From: Verrucomicrobiota bacterium
Lineage (GTDB): Bacteria; Verrucomicrobiota; Verrucomicrobiia; Limisphaerales; Palsa-1400
Length of the DNA stretch: 64,000 nt
NCBI GenBank assembly: GCA_049513975.1
Contig: JBEKVM010000005.1
Coordinates: 6,991-70,990, forward strand
Direction of reading: 5' to 3'
Part shown: positions 9,523 to 18,356 of the stretch, in pieces
Layout: each line of letters opens with the position of its first letter
How positions within the stretch are numbered: position 1 is the stretch's first letter
The notes under the pieces: model-generated
What the model was told of the DNA's origin: nothing
The model's input: only the letters and a program-made list of their open reading frames with translations
The model's database searches: none
Translations under genes and position numbers: made by a program

Positions 9523-11874
9523 CTATGGGTATAGTTCGATTTCACTGATCTGTGCCGCGTTAGGGTAGGCCGGGTTGGCGGAGGCGCGAATCGTCAGCCG
9601 GAAGTCATCCGTCGTCACCGGCTCAATCTTCGCCCGGTAAACTTGCGACTGCCGGTTATCGGTCGCGTTGATGACCTGGCGTTCCCGGCCGTTGACTCGC
9701 ACCGTGCCCTCGAAGCTGACCGGGTAACCGGCCGGGTCCGCGAAGTGAATTACCACCGTGGAAATCCTCGCCGGCTTGGCCAGATGCACTTCGACCCAAT
9801 GCGGGTGCGGCTGGTCGAGGGAGGAATGCCAGCGGTTGGAAAAGTCTTCGGGGGTGGCAATCACCCCATCAATGACTTTGGCCGTGCAGCCCGGTTCCTT
9901 GGCATACTCGCTGTCCGAACTGGCGGTGGCTCCGTTGGCGGCCAGCGCCAAATCGTTCCGGCGGTTTTCCAGATGGGGGCGGGGCTTGGGCGGATTGGTC
10001 CACGTCCGGGCGTGCGAAAGTGTCTGCCAGGTCTGACCGGTCTGATAGACGGTCGCCAGATCCAGCGGCTGCGGCAACCAGGTGCGAAAAATATTTTGCG
10101 CACTGAAGGCGTTGCCAGCCGAGGCATAATCACAAAACGTCAGTGCGCCCACATCAAACGCCATCCAGGCGCCGATTTTCTTCGCGGCAGCCGGGTTCGG
10201 TTTCAATTCCGGATTCCGGTCAAGCGTTATGCGGCCGGCGGCGGCTGGGGTGAGACGGTTGTCCAGCGACAGCACCACCGGGCCACGCTGCAAGGCGACC
10301 GGGCCATTGCATTCCACCACCTTGGCGCTCATGTCGAAGGTAATGGCCACCCGGTCGCCTTTGTGCCACGCGCGGCGAATCTTCGCATAGCCGGGCGCAA
10401 CCGGCAGCGGCTGGCCGTTCACCTTCAGCTCCGTCCGTTCACTCCAGGCCGGGATGCGCAGGGACAGGGTGAACTCCCCGGTCCCGGCCGGCGTCATCCG
10501 GATTTCGACGTGGTCGCTCACGGGATAGTCGCCGGTGATTTGCAGTTTGACGGCGCCGACCTGGGCCGTTCCGGGAGCGTAAAGATTGACGACCGGGCCG
10601 GCGGCGCTTTGCATGAAGGCCCAGAAGGGCGTCAGCATCAGCCCGCGCGGGCCGTTGACCACGCAGCAACTCAGGCCGACATCGGCGTGTTGCACATAAC
10701 TGGGCACGCGCACACCCATCAAGCCATCAAAGTAAGCCCACCATTGTCCGTCCGGCATCATCGCGCCGAGCAGGCCGTTGTAGAGATTCTTCTCCAGCTC
10801 GTCCGCATAGCGCGCGTCGCCGGTCAGGCGCAGGAGCTGGTCGCAGAGCTTCATCCACGTCACCGTGACGCAGGTCTCCATCGGTTTTTCGACCACGCCG
10901 GTCTGTTGTTTTGCGCCACCGAACCAAACTTCATTGTGCGTGCCGACGCCCACCAAGGTGGCTTCTTCGCGCAAGATGCCGTCGGCGAGTTTAATCGGCG
11001 CCTGGAGATACTGGAGTTTGCCTGTGGCGCGGTAGAGTTCGCACAAACCCTCGAAGCAGGACATCATTTCGTAGGCTTTCGGGGAGCACATCCCGGCCGG
11101 ATTCTTCCCCGCCAAAGCATCTTCCACCAGCCTCATGCCGCCCGGCAGGCGTTTTGACGGCAGGTCCCAGCAGGCAACAATATGTTCGGCAAATTCCAGG
11201 TATTTTTCTTCGCCCGTTCGTTCGTAAACCAAAACCACCGGCTCCAACACCGACGAGGCCGGCAAGCCGTTCCATTCCCCGACGTCGGCGATGCTGGTCT
11301 TGCCCGGGCCCAGTTCGGCGATCAATACGTCCGTTTGTCGCCGGGCCGCAGTCAGCGCCGCCGGGTCGCGTGTCCGGTCGTAATCCGCGATCAATCCGAG
11401 CAAGGCATACTTGCATCCCCACACATCCCAGCCTTCCAGCCGATGGGCCGGCACGCGCGTGCCGAGATAACCATCCGGCGCCGCGGTCGCCATCAACGCC
11501 TTTGCCGCCTCATCGCGCAGCCCGCGCGTGGCCGGCGTGGAGTGCCAGGCGTCGGCCAGCGTCAGGGACGTAAACCACTTGCCCCAATACTCACAGCGCC
11601 AATCGGCGCCGCCGATTTCCGTTTTGGCCCGATAGGGTGCGACCACCGACTCGACGTCCTGCGCCAGAATTCGATGGGCGAGGCACAGGTCGAGTTTCTC
11701 GCCCAGCCGCCCGCTGATCCGCACCGATTCCGGCGCGGCCGGCGTCAACACATCATTCACCCCGGATTCTTCCGCAAACCCCGTCACGGTCGCGCCAAGG
11801 ATTAACCGGGCCGCCAACAATGTTAAAATCATGTTCCGTGTTGGTCTTGCAGTGAAGAAGGGACGCACATTCAT
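9523..11874 (-). CDS. GH127-family beta-L-arabinofuranosidase-like protein with C-terminal F5/8 type C (discoidin) domain
   Basis: Signal peptide; METCVTVTW and SCCVVNG Zn/Cys motifs; ELEKNLYN; C-terminal ATASSDS...VIDG...RWHS...QISEIELY. Confidence 0.85.
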   Translation of the reverse strand: MNVRPFFTARPTRNMILTLLAARLILGATVTGFAEESGVNDVLTPAAPESVRISGRLGEKLDLCLAHRILAQDVESVVAPYRAKTEIGGADWRCEYWGKWFTSLTLADAWHSTPATRGLRDEAAKALMATAAPDGYLGTRVPAHRLEGWDVWGCKYALLGLIADYDRTRDPAALTAARRQTDVLIAELGPGKTSIADVGEWNGLPASSVLEPVVLVYERTGEEKYLEFAEHIVACWDLPSKRLPGGMRLVEDALAGKNPAGMCSPKAYEMMSCFEGLCELYRATGKLQYLQAPIKLADGILREEATLVGVGTHNEVWFGGAKQQTGVVEKPMETCVTVTWMKLCDQLLRLTGDARYADELEKNLYNGLLGAMMPDGQWWAYFDGLMGVRVPSYVQHADVGLSCCVVNGPRGLMLTPFWAFMQSAAGPVVNLYAPGTAQVGAVKLQITGDYPVSDHVEIRMTPAGTGEFTLSLRIPAWSERTELKVNGQPLPVAPGYAKIRRAWHKGDRVAITFDMSAKVVECNGPVALQRGPVVLSLDNRLTPAAAGRITLDRNPELKPNPAAAKKIGAWMAFDVGALTFCDYASAGNAFSAQNIFRTWLPQPLDLATVYQTGQTWQTLSHARTWTNPPKPRPHLENRRNDLALAANGATASSDSEYAKEPGCTAKVIDGVIATPEDFSNRWHSSLDQPHPHWVEVHLAKPARISTVVIHFADPAGYPVSFEGTVRVNGRERQVINATDNRQSQVYRAKIEPVTTDDFRLTIRASANPAYPNAAQISEIELYP

Positions 11875-11980
11875 AAGGGCCTTGATTTAATTATGATTGG
11901 GTTCATTTTGCCGGGCGAGGCATGAGCGGGTTTTTGGACATGAGTGAGCTTATATTTTTGCCGGTTCTTTGTCCATTTTG

Positions 11981-12055
11981 ATAACCGAACTTGAACAACG
12001 GCTCGTAATCCTTGTCACCCACATTGAGCGGAAGCCGCGCCGCCGACCGCGGCCG
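11981..12055 (-). pseudogene. Fragment of a GH3 beta-glucosidase C-terminal region
   Basis: (R)PRSAARLPLNVGDKDYEPLFKFGY resembles the GH3 WPRS..QLP.NVGD..Y.PLF..GYG motif. Confidence 0.55.
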
Positions 12056-12140
12056 AGGGGGACCAGGAGTTGAAGACTTTTAGTATTGCTCACGATTTGA
12101 AATACCGCGTTCCCTTCATCAAAGAGGCGCTGGCGGCGGG
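12052..12140 (+). pseudogene. Internal fragment of a GH30 glycoside hydrolase
   Basis: AEGDQELKTFSIAHDLKYRVPFIKEALAA resembles the GH30 segment just before the SPWSPP motif. Confidence 0.55.
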
Positions 12141-12240
12141 CAGCGCGGCAGCGGCATCAATCATGTGATCAACGGCATGGGCAATCCGGTGATTACAACC
12201 TTGAAGGCGATGGCGGACTAACGGTGATAACGGCACGACT

Positions 12241-12375
12241 TTCGTTTCGTGCCTCAACAAGGCGCCGGGCTTCGCCGGCGTCATTGATTCCCAAGCTCTC
12301 CCGCTTTTTGGTGAGGGTGCCGAAACAGTAACAGGCATCGCGGTTGCCGCGAAAGATTAGACGATGGCGCTTCAT
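12241..12375 (-). pseudogene. N-terminal remnant of a tyrosine recombinase/integrase
   Basis: MKRHRLIFRGNRDACYCFGTLTKKRESLGINDAGEARRLVEARNE resembles an arm-binding N-terminus (R.SL.T.D..EA) recalled from verrucomicrobial integrases. Confidence 0.6.
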
Positions 12376-12895
12376 AACTTTTGATCGCAATGAAGTGCGG
12401 GCGTTAATGGGTGCCTGGAAATGATGTGCCGGTTGGGGTTGACCGGAGGTCGGGTGCGTGGTTTGATTTTGCCGTGAATACAGACAAGATAAGACTGCTC
12501 GGGACATCCAAGCCACACAGGCCATAATCCTCGCTGAAATTATCGAACTCAGGCATTTACACGAATATGCGCACGGCCCCAAATTTAAGGCTGACTATCT
12601 GCCGGATGCGGCGGCGATGATTGCTGACAGGGTGGATGCTGCGCGAGTACAGCTCGACCAAGCGCAATGAAGCGAGGACTGCCGAGTGGCATTGGTTCGG
12701 CAGACTGACACGCTTCCTGTAGTTGTCTTCATCCGCGACCCAACAAAATTGAACTCCGTCAAGAAGTGCCCCAAATGGGCATGGGAATTTGCCGCATACT
12801 AATTCGCACTTGAAAATTGCCTGCCGGCCTGGCACAAATTTGCAAAGCGACAAGTTAAACAAACCGGTCTGAGTAACCCCGAAGATTGCCTGAAA

Positions 12896-13348
12896 TCACT
12901 CCCGGCTCTTCGAATCAATCATGATGGTGACCGGGCCGTCGTTGGTCAGGCTGATCTTCATATCCGCGCCAAATTCGCCCGTTTGAATGCTCCTGCCCAA
13001 ATCTTCCGTCAACTGGCGGATGAATTGTTCGTAAAGCGGAACCGCCGCTTCCGGGCGGGCCGAGCGGCTGAAGGAAGGGCGGTTGCCCTTCCTGGCGCCG
13101 GCGAAAAGGGTGAATTGGCTGACCAGCAAAATCCCCCCGCCCGTTTCCTGCACGGAACGGTTCATCAGGCCCTGTTCATCGTTGAAAATGCGCAGACGGA
13201 CGATTTTCCCGCTCAGCCATTCCATGTCCTCCGCCGTATCGGATTCCTCAACGGCCACCAAGACGAGCAGGCCCTGTTGAATCGCGGCCTTGACGGCGCC
13301 GGCAATCATCACGCTGGCCTGGCTCACCCGTTGAATGACAACGCGCAC
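12896..13348 (-). CDS. dtd: D-aminoacyl-tRNA deacylase
   Basis: GTG start RVVIQRV; LRIF; VSQFTL; KGNRPSF; GEFGADMKISLTNDGPVT; 150 aa. Confidence 0.97.
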   Translation of the reverse strand: MRVVIQRVSQASVMIAGAVKAAIQQGLLVLVAVEESDTAEDMEWLSGKIVRLRIFNDEQGLMNRSVQETGGGILLVSQFTLFAGARKGNRPSFSRSARPEAAVPLYEQFIRQLTEDLGRSIQTGEFGADMKISLTNDGPVTIMIDSKSRE

Positions 13349-13635
13349 GGGACCTTGATAATGGCAACGAATTGAAACGAACAGAGTTTTTTTCCAGCTT
13401 GCTGGCGCCAACCTCCGGCGCAGAGATGACGCGCCGCCAAGCGCGCTAACCACGTCCTGGCTTGCCGGTCGCTTGGACATTTTGCGCCGGTTGGCCAATA
13501 TTCTGGATATTGATCCGCCGCATAAAACGTTTGACAAACCCCTGTCTCGTCGGCCACTTTTAGGCAAAATAGGCAAAGCGCGGCGGTTTTGACGCCCGGC
13601 TTGTGTAAAAATTTGTTTATCAGAAAGATACGTTC

Positions 13636-15249
13636 ATGGGCTTAGAAATCAGACCAGCCACCGCTGCGGATGCCGCGTCATGGCTGGAGTTAACCAAAGC
13701 TGCCTTGGGCGAGCAATACCCCGCCAAAGATCTCTATGACCTGAAATGGATCGCCCAGGAACTTTCCCCGGGCGCGATCAACGAAACCTGGGTCGCCGAG
13801 GCCAACGGCTCCTTGCGCGCCAGCGTCACCTTTCTCGGCATCGAGGGGATGAAGACCAATCCCATTGCCAATTTGGGCCGCCTGTTCTTCCGCCCCGACA
13901 GCCTCAGCGACGGCTCCGCCAAGGCCCTGCTGCAGAAGGTCAATGAACTGGCCGACAAGCGCGGGGAAACCGTCATCACCCGCGTCTCCCCCCTGGACGA
14001 CGGACACCAGATTCTGTTCGAGGATCTGGGTTACACTTGCGTCGGCTACCAACCGATCAAACATTTGCTGAGCAAGAGAACCGGCACGCTTTTCTACGTC
14101 CGCGGCGCCAAGGCGGTGCTCGTCACCCGGCTGCCCCTCTCCGAATCGCTGCCCCAGGTGGCCGAACTGTGCATCGCCACCCTGGAAAGCTTGCGCATCG
14201 TCAATCCCATCGTCGTGCGCGACGGCGCCAGCGGCTATCCCTTGCAGAGTGACCTCAAAATATCCAACGCCAGCCCCGAAGATTACACCGCGGGGCGCGA
14301 GCAGGCCCAGGCCTCCAATCCACCCCATGAACTTTCCGGCCGCTTCAACATGGGTTCCGGCCACATGCGCCTCCCCCCCAAACAGCCGATGCGCGCTTTC
14401 CTGGGGGAGAAGGACGGCAAGATGGTGGCCGGGCTGGCCTACTATTTTGACGAGATGGACCGCTGCGCGCGGTTGTCCGATGCCTTCTCCTGTGATGACG
14501 TTTCCATGGGCGCGCTGTTCGCCCACGCGGTCAAGGCGGTGGAGAAACAACTTGGGGCCGTCTATGTCGAGGCGGACATCCTGGCCACCGCGCCCCGCCT
14601 GCTCAAGTCCGCCGAGCAATTGGGTTTCGTGCCGGTGGCGTATTTGCCCGCCTTCTATTGCCGCGCCGGCAGTTATGCCGACATCGTCAAATTGGTGAAG
14701 TTGAGTCTGCCCTATTCGCTGGACGCCGCCGAGTTCACCGCCCACGCCAAGGCGGCGGTGACGATCATTGACCGCAATTTTCAGGATCAGAAACTTGGCC
14801 TGGCCATCATCAATCTGCTCCGGCCCCTCTCCATGTTTGGCGGGCTGGGCGATGGCGAACTGCGAAAAATCGCCCGGCTTTTCGTGCAAAAACTTTACCG
14901 CCCCGGCGAATTTGTCTTCGCCAAGGGCGATTCCAGCGGCGAGGCTTACATCGTCCTGCGCGGCAAGATCAACATCCAGCTCGAACGCAACGCCCCCCCC
15001 GTCGCCCAATTGACCGACGGCAAGATTTTTGGCGAACTGGCCTTTTTGGACGGGGCGCCGCGCAACGCCTTTGCCGCGGCCGCCCAGCCGAGCATCCTGC
15101 TGGTGGTGCAGCGGACCGCTTTTTCCGATCTGGCCCGGCGCGAGCCCAACTTGGGCATGGTCGTCATGCGCAACATGGCGACCGATCTGGCCACCAAGTT
15201 GCGCCAGGCCGACAATTCCCTGGCCTCCGCCCCCAAAACGGGGGCATAA
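13636..15249 (+). CDS. GNAT-fold acyltransferase domain(s) fused to a C-terminal cyclic-nucleotide-binding domain
   Basis: N-terminal IRPATAAD...FEDLGY; a second GNAT-like unit ending EQLGFVP; CNB motif VFAKGD...YIVLRG...FGELAFLDGAPRNA. Confidence 0.75.
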   Translation: MGLEIRPATAADAASWLELTKAALGEQYPAKDLYDLKWIAQELSPGAINETWVAEANGSLRASVTFLGIEGMKTNPIANLGRLFFRPDSLSDGSAKALLQKVNELADKRGETVITRVSPLDDGHQILFEDLGYTCVGYQPIKHLLSKRTGTLFYVRGAKAVLVTRLPLSESLPQVAELCIATLESLRIVNPIVVRDGASGYPLQSDLKISNASPEDYTAGREQAQASNPPHELSGRFNMGSGHMRLPPKQPMRAFLGEKDGKMVAGLAYYFDEMDRCARLSDAFSCDDVSMGALFAHAVKAVEKQLGAVYVEADILATAPRLLKSAEQLGFVPVAYLPAFYCRAGSYADIVKLVKLSLPYSLDAAEFTAHAKAAVTIIDRNFQDQKLGLAIINLLRPLSMFGGLGDGELRKIARLFVQKLYRPGEFVFAKGDSSGEAYIVLRGKINIQLERNAPPVAQLTDGKIFGELAFLDGAPRNAFAAAAQPSILLVVQRTAFSDLARREPNLGMVVMRNMATDLATKLRQADNSLASAPKTGA

Positions 15250-15267
15250 TTCAGACTCAACAGACCC

Positions 15268-15999
15268 ATGAAACTTATGAAACACACCCTCACACTGACC
15301 CTGACATGGCTGGCCGCCGGCGCCGCACTGGCCGCCGACCCCGCCCCTACCAATCAAGTCGCCGACGCCATCACCAAGTTGAAGGCCGCCACCAACTACA
15401 GTTGGACTTCCACGCTCAAGATCGCGGACAGCGACTTCAACATCGGCCCGGTCAAAGGCCAGGCCGACAAGGACGGCTTTGCCAAAATGAGCCAGGATTT
15501 TAACGACAACACCACCGAGATTGTCCTGAAGGGAGACAAGGTGGCCTTCAAGGGCGAGGAGGGCTGGCAACTCATTGCTGAAGGCGGCGACATGAGATCC
15601 TTTTTCGCCGCCGGGCTGGCGCGCAACGGCGCGGCCGCCCAGGAAGCCGGCATCACCCTCAAGAATGTCAAGGAAGTCAAGGCGCTGGACGGCGGCGCTT
15701 TGGGCGGCGATTTCACCAGCGAAGGCGCGACCGATTTGATGACGTTCGGTCCGCGCCGGCCCGCGGGCGAAAACGGCTTTCCCCCGCCCAAGAACGCCAA
15801 AGGCTCGGTCAAGTTTTGGATCAAGGACGGCCTGCTCGTCAAATATGAAACCCATCTCCACGGCACCGTCACTTTCGGCGACAACGAAAACGAAATGGAC
15901 ACCACCCGCACCGTCGAGATCCAGAACGTCGGCACGACCAAAATGGACATTCCTGCCGAGGCGAAGAAGAAATTGGAAGCCAAGCCCGACGCCAAGTAG
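15268..15999 (+). CDS. Exported hypothetical protein
   Basis: Sec signal peptide, host-like codon usage, 18 bp after the upstream gene. Confidence 0.8.
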   Translation: MKLMKHTLTLTLTWLAAGAALAADPAPTNQVADAITKLKAATNYSWTSTLKIADSDFNIGPVKGQADKDGFAKMSQDFNDNTTEIVLKGDKVAFKGEEGWQLIAEGGDMRSFFAAGLARNGAAAQEAGITLKNVKEVKALDGGALGGDFTSEGATDLMTFGPRRPAGENGFPPPKNAKGSVKFWIKDGLLVKYETHLHGTVTFGDNENEMDTTRTVEIQNVGTTKMDIPAEAKKKLEAKPDAK

Positions 16000-16016
16000 A
16001 AATAGTTGTCACTATT

Positions 16017-16185
16017 TAGAGCGGTTTAAATAAAACTGTAGCCACACGTTATTTGTCAAAGACCCTCTCAAGGTAGGGTCGCCTCGCCGAGGCGGCCACT
16101 TCGCTGAGGGCCACCCACGGACGGCTCGGCGAGCCGTCCCTACCAAGTCAATTTCAGTGGCCACGACTTTGTTTAAACCGCTCTA
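16017..16185. mobile_element. MITE-like element with 29-bp terminal inverted repeats enclosing a REP doublet
   Basis: TAGAGCGGTTTAAATAAAACTGTAGCCAC versus the reverse complement of GTGGCCACGACTTTGTTTAAACCGCTCTA (24/29); internal GGTAGGG...CCCTACC pair. Confidence 0.65.
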
Positions 16186-16322
16186 GCCCGCCGGGGCAGG
16201 GCGAGACTCCGTCGAGCCCTGACTGAATTTTGTCGGAGAAAGTCACGGCTCGACATGGCTCCTCCGGGCAACGGCCTTTAAAAAGTATAACAGAACACTC
16301 CAGCCGTGCTTGCTATCTGGAT

Positions 16323-17645
16323 TTATTCGAAGCTAATCCAGTCTAAATCAACCTTGTTGTCTTGGCTCTGAGTAACAACAAGATCGTGGATGCCCGCGGG
16401 AGCCTTGACCACCTTTGATCTGACGATTTTCCAATCGGAACCTTTTTCGATTTTAACCTTTGCAATCAAGGGTCCATCCGCCTTGTCGGCGTGGATTTCC
16501 ACCGTCCCTCCCGTCGTTGAGATGGACCTGGCGTTCACCGACTTCAAGACGCCCTTTCCGAAATCAACCCTGTCAAATCGAACCCAAGTGTTCTTTCCAT
16601 TCAGCGAAATCTTCCATCCCTCAAACTTGTTTGTTTCATTCAGGAAAGAATCCGACACCCCTTCCTTGCTGATGTCGCTGTACCGGTCTATTTGTATTTT
16701 GCTCCTGGCGTCAACAATCCCGACTCCGCGCAAGGTTGGAATGACTTTCTTGATGCTTCCATCCTCATTGAAGTACATATAATCGGCCCGAATGGATCTG
16801 TTCTTGTCAAAGTTCGGCGACAAATCCTTGTCATGATAAAACAGATACCACTGCCCCTTGTATTCAACCACGGATTGATGAACCGTCCAGCAGCCGCTGG
16901 CAGCTTCATCCAGGAGGACCCCCGCCTGCTTGTAGGGTCCCATCGGGTTGGTGCTGGTGGCATATTCAAGCCTCTCAATGGTCGTCTGCACGTGCGGATA
17001 CGTCAGATAATAAATTCCATTCCGCTCAAACGCAAAAGGGCCTTCAATCAGCCCTCTTTCGGGGAGGTTCGCGACCACCTGCGGCGGCGCATCCAGCTCC
17101 ACCATGTTATCTTTCAGCTTGGCCACGGATATTCTGCCCCTGGCCCAGAACATATAGGCGCTTCCATCCTTGTCCATGAGCAGGCCGGGATCTATTCCGT
17201 TCGCGCCCTGGATCGGCTTTGCCTCCGGCTTGAAAGGACCGTATGGCTTGTCCGCGATGGCAACCCCGATATGGCCGCCGGTGGGAAAATAGAAATAATA
17301 CTTTCCGTTCTTGAACATGCAGTCCGGCGCCCACATATCGAATGACATCCGGGTAAGCCAGGGAACGTTGGTCTGGTTGAACAGGACTCCATGATCCGTC
17401 CAATCCGTCAGATTCTCGGAGGAGAACACATGGTAGTCTTCCATGACAAACCAGTTGGACCGCCCCCTGCCCGGACTGGCGGGAATATCATGAGAAGGAT
17501 AAACATACACTCTGCCCTCGAACACCCGCGCGGTTGGATCGGCGGTAAATTGATCCATGATGAGAGGATTCACGGCGCCGGCGGGGTTGATGAAAAAAAG
17601 CCCCCCAAGACCCCATGCCGTCAGAAAAAGCCTGTTATTCTTCAT
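16323..17645 (-). CDS. GH43 glycoside hydrolase with C-terminal CBM6
   Basis: TADPTARVF, WAPDC, IDPG, IEGPF; C-terminal VRFDRVDFG...GIHDL...LDWISF. Confidence 0.9.
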   Translation of the reverse strand: MKNNRLFLTAWGLGGLFFINPAGAVNPLIMDQFTADPTARVFEGRVYVYPSHDIPASPGRGRSNWFVMEDYHVFSSENLTDWTDHGVLFNQTNVPWLTRMSFDMWAPDCMFKNGKYYFYFPTGGHIGVAIADKPYGPFKPEAKPIQGANGIDPGLLMDKDGSAYMFWARGRISVAKLKDNMVELDAPPQVVANLPERGLIEGPFAFERNGIYYLTYPHVQTTIERLEYATSTNPMGPYKQAGVLLDEAASGCWTVHQSVVEYKGQWYLFYHDKDLSPNFDKNRSIRADYMYFNEDGSIKKVIPTLRGVGIVDARSKIQIDRYSDISKEGVSDSFLNETNKFEGWKISLNGKNTWVRFDRVDFGKGVLKSVNARSISTTGGTVEIHADKADGPLIAKVKIEKGSDWKIVRSKVVKAPAGIHDLVVTQSQDNKVDLDWISFE

Positions 17646-17855
17646 TTCTTCATTTCCTCAATTAGTTCTTCTTAAATCTTACGCCAACGGTCCGGATTTC
17701 GTCCAGCGGAAACAGCGGCTTTACGGGTCCAGACCCCTGGAGACCACCCCACGCGCGCGCCGGACGCCCTTCCAGTCCCGGCACCGGCCCTGCTGAGACG
17801 GGCGCTTCGCAAAAATTTACTTTGGCATTCCGCTTTTTGCGGGCATCTTAGGAAC

Positions 17856-18356
17856 ATGGGACAACGCCGTGAGGCGCGCGAACGCGCCGTGCAATTTCTT
17901 TTTCAGCACGACCTCAATCCATACGGCAACCTGGACGAGGCCCTGGATCAGTTTTGGGATTCCCAGCGCGCCCCGGCCATTGCCGAGGAAAAAGCCCCGG
18001 CCACTTGGGGCCGGAAAACAGACCTGCCCCCCGCCTCCGCCGCGGAACTCGCCACCCGCCAGTTTGCCGACCGCCTCATCCGCGGCGTGCTGGAACATCG
18101 CGCCGAACTGGACCAGCGCATCACCCAATTCGCCCAAAACTGGGACCTCAAACGCATGGCCGTGGTGGACCGCAATGTGCTCCGCCTGGCCATTTATGAG
18201 ATGTATTTCCGCGAAGACATCCCGCCCGTCGTCAGCATCAACGAGGCGGTGGACATCGCCAAAAAATTCTCCACCGCGGACAGCGGCAAATTCGTCAACG
18301 GCATCCTGGACAAAATCAAAGGCGAACTCATGCGTCCCGCCCGCATTGTTAAATGA
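17856..18356 (+). CDS. nusB: Transcription antitermination factor NusB
   Basis: RREARERAVQFLFQ; NWDLKRMAVVDRNVLRLAIYE; INEAVDIAKKFS; FVNGILD. Confidence 0.97.
   Translation: MGQRREARERAVQFLFQHDLNPYGNLDEALDQFWDSQRAPAIAEEKAPATWGRKTDLPPASAAELATRQFADRLIRGVLEHRAELDQRITQFAQNWDLKRMAVVDRNVLRLAIYEMYFREDIPPVVSINEAVDIAKKFSTADSGKFVNGILDKIKGELMRPARIVK

Noticed and set aside
12400-12890. Possible tRNA/att site next to the integrase remnant
   Set aside because: No cloverleaf, T-loop GTTCGA context with CCA end, or direct repeat matching the left edge was found.
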